A stretch of DNA of 64,000 nt from Bacillota bacterium (GTDB lineage Bacteria; Bacillota; Clostridia; Peptostreptococcales; Anaerovoracaceae), in assembly GCA_017416795.1 (NCBI GenBank), contig JAFQBD010000014.1, positions 8,842 through 72,841 of the forward strand, read 5' to 3'. Below the pieces are notes generated by a model. That model did no database searches, was not told the origin of the DNA, and saw only the letters and a program-made list of their open reading frames with translations. Shown here piece by piece: positions 9,378 through 18,743 of this stretch. The translations under genes were made by a program, and so were the position numbers. Each line of letters starts with the position of its first letter. The stretch's first letter is position 1.

Positions 9378-10292
9378 ATGGTCGTTTACGGAGAACTGTT
9401 ATTTATAGAAAACATGATAATTGGCGGAGTGCTGCTCTATCTGACCGGAGAGATCTGCGGACATAACAGGCGGAAGTGTTTTGAAAGCAGCAGATATCTG
9501 GGTAAATTTCGGTTTGCTGCAGGCAGTATGATGTGCGGTGCATTTTCTCTTGTGATATTTCTCGATGCAAAGGCGCCCTTCATGCTGCTTATGGAGGTGG
9601 TTTTTGCTGCCTGCGTCTGTACGGTCGTCTTTGGGTGCAAAACGCATGGCGATAAAAGGAAACATTTGCCGTACCGACCGCTGAATCTCCGGTTACCATG
9701 GCAGCATGTTGCCACGTTCATACTGATCACATATTTTATGGGCGGGATCGTTATGGGTATACTGCTCGTGACAAAGAAGCAGGGCATACATACTGCAGCA
9801 GGAATATATACAGGAGATATGAAAGCTGCCATGCTGGCATTGCTGATCTGCTTGGGATATATGACTATAAAGCAGATCGTAAGGACGGTGCGAAACAAGA
9901 AATTATATACCGAACATACTTATGAGGCAGAAATCGTCATCGGTGAACATATAATTAAGGCAAGTGCCTTTTTAGATACGGGCAACAGGTTAAAAGATCC
10001 GCTGACCGGTAAACCTGTGGCTGTGGCTTCGGAGAGGTTTTGGGGCAGATTGGCGAAAGAAATAGCGCAGGGAACAGTGCGCTTTGCACTTGTGCCATAT
10101 GAGGCAGTGGGAACAAAAGGATTTTTAGAGGCAATAAGGACCGATCATATAGAAATAGCGGGAAAGAAATCACGCGGATGTCTGATCGCACGAGGTGAAA
10201 GAACTTTTATGGCAGGGGCAGACGGGACCGATAATATGGGATGTGTGGGCAATGGATATGACCTGCTCATTTCCGGGGAAATGGTCGAGTAA
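9378..10292 (+). CDS. spoIIGA: Pro-sigmaE processing aspartic peptidase SpoIIGA
   Basis: Starts MVVYGELLFIEN, multiple TM segments, catalytic FLDTGN-LKDP, upstream of sigE. The track start at 9261 is probably too long. Confidence 0.88.
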   Translation: MVVYGELLFIENMIIGGVLLYLTGEICGHNRRKCFESSRYLGKFRFAAGSMMCGAFSLVIFLDAKAPFMLLMEVVFAACVCTVVFGCKTHGDKRKHLPYRPLNLRLPWQHVATFILITYFMGGIVMGILLVTKKQGIHTAAGIYTGDMKAAMLALLICLGYMTIKQIVRTVRNKKLYTEHTYEAEIVIGEHIIKASAFLDTGNRLKDPLTGKPVAVASERFWGRLAKEIAQGTVRFALVPYEAVGTKGFLEAIRTDHIEIAGKKSRGCLIARGERTFMAGADGTDNMGCVGNGYDLLISGEMVE

Positions 10293-10370
10293 GGATGTAG
10301 GGTTAAGATGTAGAGTAAGTATGCGAGCGTCAACGCATTACTGATATTGAGATTTGAAGGGGGAATACAT

Positions 10371-11126
10371 ATGGTGCTGACAAAGATCAGAGAGATACTC
10401 AGGAGAAAAGACGATGTCATAAGTCGTATGGATAGATTGATCCAATCGATAAGAGAACTTCTTGCAGTACAGCCGAATGAGATATTTTATATAGGCGGGA
10501 GCGATACTTTGCCGCCGCCTTTGAGCGCCGAAGAGGAGGCTGCAGCGATAAAAGGGGCGATGTCAGGGCGGATCGATGACAGGAACAAACTCATAGAGCA
10601 TAACTTGAGGCTGGTGGTGTATATAGCCAAGAAGTTCGAAAATGCAGGAGTGAATGTCGAAGACTTGATATCGATAGGTACCATAGGCTTGATAAAAGCC
10701 GTGAATACGTTCAAGATCGAAAAGAACATAAAGCTTGCAACTTACGCATCGCGATGTATAGAAAATGAGATATTGATGTATCTGAGAAGGAGCAACAAGA
10801 CCAAGGGTGAAGTGTCCCTTGACGAACCCCTCAACGTGGATTGGGACGGCAACGAACTGCTGCTGTCAGATATATTGGGAACAGAAAACGATGAGGTCTA
10901 TGAACATATAGAGGAAGAAGTCAACAGAAAGCTTCTAGATCATGCTATGGATAAGTTGTCGTGTCGCGAGCGAGAGATCATCGAGATGAGGTTCGGACTT
11001 GCAGGCGCCAGAGAACTGACCCAGAAGGAAGTCGCCGATAAGATGGGAATATCCCAATCATACATATCGAGATTAGAGAAGAAGATAATCGGCAGACTGG
11101 GCAAGGAAATCAAGAAGCTGGGATAA
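10371..11126 (+). CDS. sigE: Sporulation sigma factor pro-sigmaE
   Basis: Pro-sequence then [62 protein letters not shown] precedes ATG 10371. Confidence 0.95.
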   Translation: MVLTKIREILRRKDDVISRMDRLIQSIRELLAVQPNEIFYIGGSDTLPPPLSAEEEAAAIKGAMSGRIDDRNKLIEHNLRLVVYIAKKFENAGVNVEDLISIGTIGLIKAVNTFKIEKNIKLATYASRCIENEILMYLRRSNKTKGEVSLDEPLNVDWDGNELLLSDILGTENDEVYEHIEEEVNRKLLDHAMDKLSCREREIIEMRFGLAGARELTQKEVADKMGISQSYISRLEKKIIGRLGKEIKKLG

Positions 11127-11212
11127 TAAACATAGAAGCTGCCGGCAAGAAATCAAAAAATACTGTTGTAAATCGCAGGGGCGTGATATCATAAGTACGA
11201 AAGGAAACGCCA

Positions 11213-12388
11213 ATGAACACGATAGATATCAAAAAAACAGATAAAAACAAGATAGCGAGCACATACGCCAGACACGACATGGCGGCATCTTCGGGAAAAG
11301 GCGCTCGCTGTTACGATACAGACGGTAAAGAATATATAGATTTCACTGCAGGGATAGGCGTCAACAGTCTTGGTTACTGCGATGAAGGCTGGATAAAGGC
11401 TGTGACAGAGCAGATTAACAAACTCCAGCATTGTTCCAATCTTTATTACACTGAACCCCAGTCAAAGGTGGCTGAAATGCTTACATCCAGGACCGGTATG
11501 CAGAAGGTATACTTCGCCAATTCCGGTGCTGAGGCTAATGAAACGGCTATCAAGACAGCTAGAAAATATGGCAGTACAAGAAAAGGGATAGAAGCTGATC
11601 GCGGCAAGATGATCACTCTCAAGAATTCTTTCCACGGAAGAACTCTGGGTGCTATGACTGCAACGGGACAGCCTAACTATCACGAAGACTTCGGTCCGCT
11701 GCCTGCAGGGTTCCGATATTGTGAAGCTAACAACATAGAACAGCTTGAAGAACTGGCGGATGGTGATACATGCGCTGTCATGATGGAACTCGTTCAGGGA
11801 GAAGGCGGCGTCAGACAGCTTGATAAAGCCTTTGTCGAAGCGGCGGCCGAGCTTTGCAGGAAGAAAGATATCCTTCTGATAATAGATGAAGTCCAGACAG
11901 GTATCGGCAGAACGGGGAAGCTTTTTGCGTATGAATATTTCGGCATCGAGCCGGATATGGTGACTTTTGCGAAAGGGATCGGCGGAGGCCTTCCTATGGG
12001 AGGCGTGCTGTTCGGAGAGAAGACTTGCGACGTGCTGCAGCCGGGAAATCACGGAACGACTTACGGCGGAAACCCTGTGGCGTGCGCAGGAGCAGTAGAA
12101 GTACTTTCTAGGATCGATGAGAGATTCCTTGAAGAAGTGCGTGAGAAGAGCTCTTATCTAAAGGGCAGACTCCTTGAGATCCCGGGGGTTTCGGACGTTT
12201 CGGGTCTCGGTCTCATGCTGGGCGTCACTCTTGATGTAAAGCCTGCAGCTGATTTCGTGAAGGAGGCTCTCGCCATGGGTCTCATGACTCTTACAGCAAA
12301 GGAAAAGGTAAGGCTTTTGCCGCCGCTGACCATCACTTATGAAGAGATAGATAAGGGACTTGAGATCTTCAGAAAGGCCTGCCTGTAA
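11213..12388 (+). CDS. argD: Acetylornithine aminotransferase
   Basis: SFHGRT, DEVQTG, FAKG (PLP Lys), HGTTYGGNP. Confidence 0.9.
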   Translation: MNTIDIKKTDKNKIASTYARHDMAASSGKGARCYDTDGKEYIDFTAGIGVNSLGYCDEGWIKAVTEQINKLQHCSNLYYTEPQSKVAEMLTSRTGMQKVYFANSGAEANETAIKTARKYGSTRKGIEADRGKMITLKNSFHGRTLGAMTATGQPNYHEDFGPLPAGFRYCEANNIEQLEELADGDTCAVMMELVQGEGGVRQLDKAFVEAAAELCRKKDILLIIDEVQTGIGRTGKLFAYEYFGIEPDMVTFAKGIGGGLPMGGVLFGEKTCDVLQPGNHGTTYGGNPVACAGAVEVLSRIDERFLEEVREKSSYLKGRLLEIPGVSDVSGLGLMLGVTLDVKPAADFVKEALAMGLMTLTAKEKVRLLPPLTITYEEIDKGLEIFRKACL

Positions 12389-12511
12389 CCGGGCAAAAAA
12401 TGAGATCTGAATCTTTGAAAACAGAATAAAAGAATCTTTATCTGCACATAAATATATTACGACATCGTGCGTTGCTTTAAGGGGAGCAAAAGGGATGCGG
12501 GGTAATTATTT

Positions 12512-13282
12512 ATGGCCGGTAAGGTTGAGATTTGCGGCGTCAACACGTCTAGTCTGCCGCGATACAAAGACAAGGAGATGCAGGAGATGCTAGAGGCCAT
12601 AAAGGCCGGAGACCTGCATGTGAGAGATGAGTTCATCAAGGGGAACTTGAGGCTGGTGCTCAGCGTCATACAGAAGTTTTCGGGACGAGGTGAAAATCCC
12701 GATGATCTGTTCCAGGTGGGATGTGTGGGGCTGATAAAGGCTCTCGATAACTTCGACATGTCTCATGGCGTGAAATTCAGTACGTACGCCGTGCCGATGA
12801 TAATCGGAGAAGTCAGGAGGTATCTCAGAGATAATAACAGCATCAGGGTGTCAAGATCTATGAGAGATATGGCATACAGGGCACTGACCGCCAAAGAAAA
12901 ACTCAACAGGCAGCTTCAGCGAGAGCCGACTATAGAAGAAGTAGCTAAGGAGCTGGATGCCAAGAAGGAAGAAGTAGTGCTGGCCCTGGATTCCATACAG
13001 GACCCCATATCTCTGTTCGAGCCTGTTTTCAATGACGATGGGGATCCGCTCTATGTGATGGATCAGATCAAGGATATGAAGAATACCGATGCCAAGTGGA
13101 TCGAGAATCTTTCGCTGTCGGAAGCCATGAAGAAGCTTTCACCGAGAGAACAACACATCATCAACCTGAGGTTTTTCGAAGGAAAGACTCAGATGGAAGT
13201 GGCAGATGAGATATCTATAAGTCAGGCGCAGGTATCGAGACTCGAAAAGAATGCGCTGAATTATATGAAGAAATATGTGTGA
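12512..13282 (+). CDS. sigG: Sporulation sigma factor sigmaG
   Basis: KVEICGVNTSSLP N-terminus, DLFQVGCVGLIKA, FSTYAVPMIIGE. Confidence 0.96.
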   Translation: MAGKVEICGVNTSSLPRYKDKEMQEMLEAIKAGDLHVRDEFIKGNLRLVLSVIQKFSGRGENPDDLFQVGCVGLIKALDNFDMSHGVKFSTYAVPMIIGEVRRYLRDNNSIRVSRSMRDMAYRALTAKEKLNRQLQREPTIEEVAKELDAKKEEVVLALDSIQDPISLFEPVFNDDGDPLYVMDQIKDMKNTDAKWIENLSLSEAMKKLSPREQHIINLRFFEGKTQMEVADEISISQAQVSRLEKNALNYMKKYV

Positions 13283-13312
13283 ATTCGATTGTACGATGAA
13301 ATATAAGGACAG

Positions 13313-13341
13313 CAAAAGACCCGGGTGATCCCGGGTCTTTT
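13313..13341. terminator. Bidirectional terminator after sigG
   Basis: AAAAGACCCGGG-TGAT-CCCGGGTCTTTT. Confidence 0.8.
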
Positions 13342-13396
13342 ATAATGTCGTTTATTTAGGAGTTTTATGATAGATGTTGGATTTCTTTGTTGTTTA

Positions 13397-14068
13397 TCAT
13401 GCCTGTGAAGCAGCATATTCTTCCATTACTTCCATAGCTGCGTCAGTACTGATAGTATCTGCACCTGCTTCGATCAGTGCCATAACTTCTGCCACTGTCC
13501 AGATCTTGCCTGCAGCCTTGATCTTGCACTTGTCGCCTACAGTATCCTTGATCAGTTTAACTGTACGAGGAGTAGCCCCGATCCTGCTGAAACCGGAGGA
13601 GTCTCTTATGTAGTCAACACCGCAGTTCAGTGCGATCTCACAAACCCTTACTATTTCTTCATCTGTGAGATAAGCTGTTTCGAGGATGACCTTCAGCTTT
13701 ACGTCTTCGCTCTTGCAGATTTCTCTGAGTGCTGTGATCTCGCTTGCAACATAGTCAAACTTTTTGTCTTTGATCGCTGCGATATTCATCATTACGTCGA
13801 TTTCTTCAGCTCCATCTTTGATAGCTTCGAAAACTTCAGCGCACTTTGAATTTGTTCCTGATGTTCCCATAGGGAATCCTGCAACAGTTACTACCTGGAT
13901 GCCGCTGCCCTTGAGATAGTCCCAAGCCAGAGGGAGATGATATCCATCTACTACAGCTCCATGAAAATCATATTTGAGAGCGTCCATCAGCAGCTTTTCT
14001 ACAACACCTTTGTTGATGTCGTAATCGAGAGTTGTGATTTCAAAGTATTTATTAAAGTCCTTATTCAT
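13397..14068 (-). CDS. DeoC-like class I aldolase with the Schiff-base Lys replaced by Arg
   Basis: VAGFPMG, GAEEIDVMMN, KVILET and KIKAAG match DeoC, but DYIRDSSG replaces the DF(I/V)KTSTG motif. SD GGAGG precedes ATG 14068. Confidence 0.8.
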   Translation of the reverse strand: MNKDFNKYFEITTLDYDINKGVVEKLLMDALKYDFHGAVVDGYHLPLAWDYLKGSGIQVVTVAGFPMGTSGTNSKCAEVFEAIKDGAEEIDVMMNIAAIKDKKFDYVASEITALREICKSEDVKLKVILETAYLTDEEIVRVCEIALNCGVDYIRDSSGFSRIGATPRTVKLIKDTVGDKCKIKAAGKIWTVAEVMALIEAGADTISTDAAMEVMEEYAASQA

Positions 14069-14294
14069 AATGCAGACCTCCTTTGGTATGTTTGTATGGT
14101 GAAACAATTTATGCACAAATCCTTTGTGTCTAATTATAGCACGTTGTAACTAATTTGCAAGTAAAAAATCAGAATTTACAGACAAGTTAAATAATTCACG
14201 AAAATTCCTACATATATATAATATATTTATAAATGAACACCCAAACTACAAAAAATTATGGTAAGATTTATCAAAAGGGATATAGAAGGAGAAG

Positions 14295-14975
14295 ATGAAG
14301 ATGATTTTAGACAATAACGACAGATTCGATATCAATGAGAAAATGATCCCGGCAGAAATGGCAGTCACGATCGAAGATGCCAGAGACATTGCCGCTATAT
14401 TCAGAGATCTGAGGATGAGATATACTGCTGCCATCAAGGAGATAAGCACTAAGCTGGAAGTCCTCGACAACGAATATCGACTGAAGCATGATTACAATCC
14501 TATACATAATATGAAGGCCAGGATCAAATCCGTAGACAGCATAATCGAGAAGATACAGAGAAAGGGCTGGCCTATGGAAGTGGCTTCTATTTATAAGATA
14601 ACCGACTTCGCAGGCGTTCGCGTAATCTGTAATTATATCGATGATATATATACAGTAGAGAACAGCCTCTTAAGACAGGATGACATCAAACTCATAAGAA
14701 GGACAGACTATATCAAGAATCCGAAAGAAAGCGGATACAGAAGTCTTCATCTTGTCGTGGAAGTGCCTATATTTTTATCCGATAGGACATATAATATGCC
14801 TGTGGAAATACAGATAAGGACTATAGCTATGGACACATGGGCGAGCCTTGAGCACGAACTCAAGTATAAGAGGAAAAACGCTATGCCGGAATATATAGCG
14901 GAAGAATTGAAAAGATGCGCCAAGTCTATGGCTGAGATCGATGCTACGATGGAACGAATACATAAGATGTATTGA
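14295..14975 (+). CDS. Small alarmone synthetase (RelP/RelQ-type GTP pyrophosphokinase)
   Basis: RIKS..SI.EK, DFAGVRVIC, GYRSLH, EIQIRT, WASLEH. Confidence 0.9.
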   Translation: MKMILDNNDRFDINEKMIPAEMAVTIEDARDIAAIFRDLRMRYTAAIKEISTKLEVLDNEYRLKHDYNPIHNMKARIKSVDSIIEKIQRKGWPMEVASIYKITDFAGVRVICNYIDDIYTVENSLLRQDDIKLIRRTDYIKNPKESGYRSLHLVVEVPIFLSDRTYNMPVEIQIRTIAMDTWASLEHELKYKRKNAMPEYIAEELKRCAKSMAEIDATMERIHKMY

Positions 14976-15015
14976 TCTTAAGATAAGGGGATATAAATAA
15001 TAAAAAGGAGAACTG

Positions 15016-16074
15016 ATGATGAAGAGAAAGTTATTTGTTGCCGCGGTATGTGTGCTTGCTATGGCAGGTCTTACGGCATGCGGCGGATCATCTGTATCAT
15101 ATGACAAGTATGATCTGGATGAATATATCAAGGTGGGAGAATATAAGGGCCTTACGGTCGCAGGTTATAAAGTAGAAGTTACTGATGATGAGATAGATAC
15201 AAGAATAGAACAAGAACTTGAAGAAGCTGCATCGTCTCAGGAAGTTGCAAAAGGCAGTCCTGTAAAAGAAGGCGATACCGTTAATATAGACTATGTGGGC
15301 AAGAAAGACGGTAAGAAATTCGATGGAGGATCGGCAGAAGGATATGATCTCGAGATCGGAAGCGGCTCATTCATCGATGGTTTCGAAGATGGCCTTATCG
15401 GGAAGAAGATCGGTGATAAAGTGAAGCTGGAGCTCACTTTCCCTGAAGATTACGGCGAAGCATCACTGGCAGGTCAGGATGTGGTATTTAATGTCACTAT
15501 CAACTCAGCGACAAGGATGACTGTTCCGGAGTACGATCTTGATTATGTGAAGAACACTACTGATTATGATTCCATCGCAGCTTACGAAAAATCAGTAGAA
15601 AAAGAAATCTACAAGGAAAAGGAAGCTGAAGAAATATCGAACCAGCAGACTGAACTTTGGTCAAAGGTACTGGAAGATACAGAAGTGATACAGTATCCTG
15701 AAAAAGAGCTGGACTATTATATACAGTTCAACAGCGATCAGATGGATGATATGGCTGAGCAGTACGGTGTCAGCAGAGAAGATATGCTGGCAAATTACGA
15801 CTTCGGTTCCGAAGAAGAATTTGCAGCGGTCAATGAAGACAGCAGTAAGCTTAGAGTGAAACAGGAAATGCTCATCGAATATATCGCAGATAAGGAAGAA
15901 CTCAAGTATACTGATGAAGAAGCAGAAGAAATGATAGCTTCATTCGAGCAGATGGGATACGATGAAGAAATGGTAAAAAGCCAGACAGGACACGATATGG
16001 ACAGCTATGTCAGGATAGAACTGCTGTATCAGAAGGTCCTGGAATTCCTGCTTGATAACGCTAAAATCAAATAG
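15016..16074 (+). CDS. Trigger-factor-like lipoprotein (FKBP PPIase plus TF C-domain)
   Basis: Signal peptide with lipobox LTA-C, then VNIDYVG...FDGG...LEIGSGSFIDGFEDGLIG FKBP domain. No GFRxGxxP ribosome-binding motif. Confidence 0.8.
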   Translation: MMKRKLFVAAVCVLAMAGLTACGGSSVSYDKYDLDEYIKVGEYKGLTVAGYKVEVTDDEIDTRIEQELEEAASSQEVAKGSPVKEGDTVNIDYVGKKDGKKFDGGSAEGYDLEIGSGSFIDGFEDGLIGKKIGDKVKLELTFPEDYGEASLAGQDVVFNVTINSATRMTVPEYDLDYVKNTTDYDSIAAYEKSVEKEIYKEKEAEEISNQQTELWSKVLEDTEVIQYPEKELDYYIQFNSDQMDDMAEQYGVSREDMLANYDFGSEEEFAAVNEDSSKLRVKQEMLIEYIADKEELKYTDEEAEEMIASFEQMGYDEEMVKSQTGHDMDSYVRIELLYQKVLEFLLDNAKIK

Positions 16075-16220
16075 ATAAATTAATACTTGTGTCAAAAGCA
16101 TAAAAATAACATTTATTTAGCAAATAATTTGTTGCAAACGACTGTAAGGTGTGATACTATCGACTCGTTAGTTATCTATCAAGCCTTACAGTTTTTGTAT
16201 GGGGCGAAGAAACTATGATT

Positions 16221-16316
16221 CTCTGGAGAGTCTCATTATGAGCGCCGAAGGTGTACGCACTTCTGGTTGTCCGCAAATACGACCGGTCGTGTAATCTCTC
16301 AGGCAAAAGGACAGAG
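16221..16316 (+). ncRNA. Glycine riboswitch (single aptamer)
   Basis: CTCTGGAGAG...CGCCGAAGG...CTCTCAGGCAAAAGGACAGAG upstream of an AGCS transporter. Confidence 0.88.
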
Positions 16317-16419
16317 CAGATAGTTTATATTATTTGCATTTAAGTCCTCTCCGGAAGTCGAACTATAAGTTTCGGCTTTTTTTATTATTTATTTTTTCAG
16401 GAGAAGGAGAAAAAACAAA

Positions 16420-17847
16420 ATGGAAAGATTTACGGAAATCTTAGTAGCGATCGATGATTTCGTATGGGGCGTCCCTCTCATCGTTCTCATCATGGGTACA
16501 GGTATCTACCTGACTATCAGACTGGGCGTGCTTCAGTTCAGAAAACTGGGTAAAGCTCTCAAGTACATGGTAAAAAATGAAGAAGACGGTATCGGTGAAG
16601 TAACAAGTTTCGGTGCTCTTTGTACAGCGATGGCTGCTACTATCGGTACAGGTAATATCGTCGGCGTTGCGACTGCAGTAGTTGCAGGAGGTCCCGGAGC
16701 TCTGTTCTGGATGATCCTGGCAGCTTGCTTCGGTATGGCTACAAAGTATTCAGAAGGTGTTCTGGCTGTTAAGTACAGAGAAGACAGAGGCGGCGGCAGA
16801 TTCCTGGGCGGACCTTTCTTCTACATCGAAAAAGGTATGGGATCAAACTGGAAGTGGCTGGCTAAGCTGTTCGCTATCTTCGGAGTAGGCGCAGGTCTTC
16901 TCGGTATCGGTACTATCACTCAGGTAAACGGTGTTGCATCAGCTACAAAAGGTTTCTTTGACCCTAATATGGAACACGTTGTAACTATTTTCGGAACTGA
17001 CTACTCTATCGTTACAGTTATCACAGCTGTAGTAGTTGCTGCTCTCACAGCTCTCGTAGTTATCGGAGGAATCCAGAGAATCGCCAGCGTTACTACTATC
17101 ATCGTACCTTTCATGGCTATCGCTTATGTAGTGGTATGCGTTGCTATTCTTATCTACAATGCAGCTGAAATTCCTGCAGCTATCGTTACAGTATTCGAAA
17201 GCGCATTCGGTCTCAGAGCAATGGCAGGCGGAGCTCTCGGAGCATTGATGCTGGCTATGCAGAAGGGTGTAGCAAGAGGTATCTTCTCTAACGAAGCAGG
17301 TCTCGGTTCTGCTCCTATCGCAGCAGCAGCAGCTCAGACTAAGGAACCTGTAAGACAGGGTCTCGTTTCAATGACAGGTACATTCATCGACACAGTTATC
17401 ATCTGTACTATGACAGGTATGACTATCCTGGTTACAGGATCATATGAAACAGCTGTAGAAAAAGGCCTTGAAGGTGTAGACGTTACATCAAACGCATTCC
17501 AGACAGGTCTGCCTTGGGGCGGTGACTTCGGAGCTGCAGTTCTGATGGTAGCACTGGCATTCTTCGCATTCACTACTATCCTCGGATGGGACTACTACAG
17601 TGAAAGATGTCTCGAATACCTCTCAGGCGGCAACATGAAGGCTGTATCAGTTTACAGATGGTTATACATCCTGGCTGTTCTGATCGGACCATTCCTGACA
17701 GTTTCAGCAGTATGGACTATCGCTGATATCTTCAACGGTCTGATGGCTATCCCTAACCTTATCGCACTGCTGGCACTTTCAGGCGTCATCGTAGCTGAAA
17801 CAAGAAGTTACTTCAAGCGCCTCGAAAACGGCGAGATCAAGAGTTAA
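16420..17847 (+). CDS. Alanine/glycine:cation symporter (AGCS family)
   Basis: ATIGTGNI, GGPGALFWM, RGIFSNEAGLGS, MAIPNLIAL. Confidence 0.93.
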   Translation: MERFTEILVAIDDFVWGVPLIVLIMGTGIYLTIRLGVLQFRKLGKALKYMVKNEEDGIGEVTSFGALCTAMAATIGTGNIVGVATAVVAGGPGALFWMILAACFGMATKYSEGVLAVKYREDRGGGRFLGGPFFYIEKGMGSNWKWLAKLFAIFGVGAGLLGIGTITQVNGVASATKGFFDPNMEHVVTIFGTDYSIVTVITAVVVAALTALVVIGGIQRIASVTTIIVPFMAIAYVVVCVAILIYNAAEIPAAIVTVFESAFGLRAMAGGALGALMLAMQKGVARGIFSNEAGLGSAPIAAAAAQTKEPVRQGLVSMTGTFIDTVIICTMTGMTILVTGSYETAVEKGLEGVDVTSNAFQTGLPWGGDFGAAVLMVALAFFAFTTILGWDYYSERCLEYLSGGNMKAVSVYRWLYILAVLIGPFLTVSAVWTIADIFNGLMAIPNLIALLALSGVIVAETRSYFKRLENGEIKS

Positions 17848-17934
17848 GCTCATGAGCCGAAATTTCTCGGCAAACACAATACATATGCAAAACGCAGAGC
17901 GTGCTTTATGCATGCTCTGTTTTTTTCGTGCAAA

Positions 17935-18152
17935 TGCCAATACTACGTTTTCCTAGTCACCTCCGTGTTCTGTATTCGTCGCAAATATTTTCTGGAACTG
18001 CTCACAGAAATTGGAGCGCTGCGTGAACTCAGTCGCAGGCTCCTTCAAACAGCACGCAGTCGCTTAGCCAATTTCTTAGTTCGCGTCAGTTCTGAAAATA
18101 TGGTTGCTCCTCATAATGTCCACTACGCTGACTAGGAAAAGTGCAGTATGCA
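17935..18152. repeat. Long imperfect palindromic element A
   Basis: Nested inverted pairs TTTTCCTAGTCA/TGACTAGGAAAA, ATATTTTCTGGAACTG/CAGTTCTGAAAATAT, AGAAATTGG/CCAATTTCT. The core reads CTGTTTGA...GAGTT on the minus strand. Confidence 0.6.
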
Positions 18153-18169
18153 TTGTGACGAACAAAAAC

Positions 18170-18312
18170 ACTTTCAGGATCGACTTGAGTTAGAAGATTG
18201 GTCCAATGTCAGGAACTGTTTGAGTGACGAAGGAACGAGTTTTCCTGACATTCCAATCTTCACGAAAGATCCTAGAAAGTGGTTGTGAGGAACACCGCAG
18301 ACGGAACTTTTC
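18170..18312 (+). repeat. Long imperfect palindromic element B (structured ncRNA or MITE-like)
   Basis: CTTTCAGGATC/GATCCTAGAAAG, GAAGATTGG/CCAATCTTC, AATGTCAGGA/TCCTGACATT around the core CTGTTTGAG...CGAGTT. Confidence 0.6.
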
Positions 18313-18405
18313 TTAGCCAGTGCAGTGCGCTTTATAAGGAGGTCTTTGCATATTTGTGACGCATGCGCATATACTTGTACAAACTACAGAAAAAGGAGGC
18401 TTAGC

Positions 18406-18654
18406 ATGCTTAACACAGAGAACATCAGAGACAAAGAGGTCATCAACATATACGACGGCAAGAGCATGGGATTCGTATGCGACATCGAGATTGACCTGAA
18501 GGCAGGCAGGATAGACGGCATAGTTTTGCCGGGAGACAGAGGATTCATGAAGCTTTTTGGCAGGGAAAACAATGATTTCGTCATAAAATGGAAACATGTG
18601 AAGACAATAGGAGAAGACGTGATACTGGTAGATGTTCCGCCCATCATAGATTGA
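18406..18654 (+). CDS. ylmC: YlmC/YmxH family PRC-barrel sporulation protein
   Basis: KEVINIYDGKSMGFVCDIEIDL...IKWKHVKTIGEDVILV. AAGGAGG precedes ATG 18406; upstream of nrdR as usual. Confidence 0.88.
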   Translation: MLNTENIRDKEVINIYDGKSMGFVCDIEIDLKAGRIDGIVLPGDRGFMKLFGRENNDFVIKWKHVKTIGEDVILVDVPPIID

Positions 18655-18743
18655 CGATATACACAAGATGTAGTAATATATTACATATATGGTTTTTTCA
18701 TGATGTGGTCGATTTTAGTCGGAACAGTTAAGGAGGTTGCCAA

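Noticed and set aside
11140-11212. ARG box upstream of argD
   Set aside because: No TG(A/C)AT-N4-ATNCA match was found, unlike at argG and carA2.
17908-18135. 75-aa ORF in the track
   Set aside because: No SD, no family resemblance, and it lies entirely inside palindromic element A.
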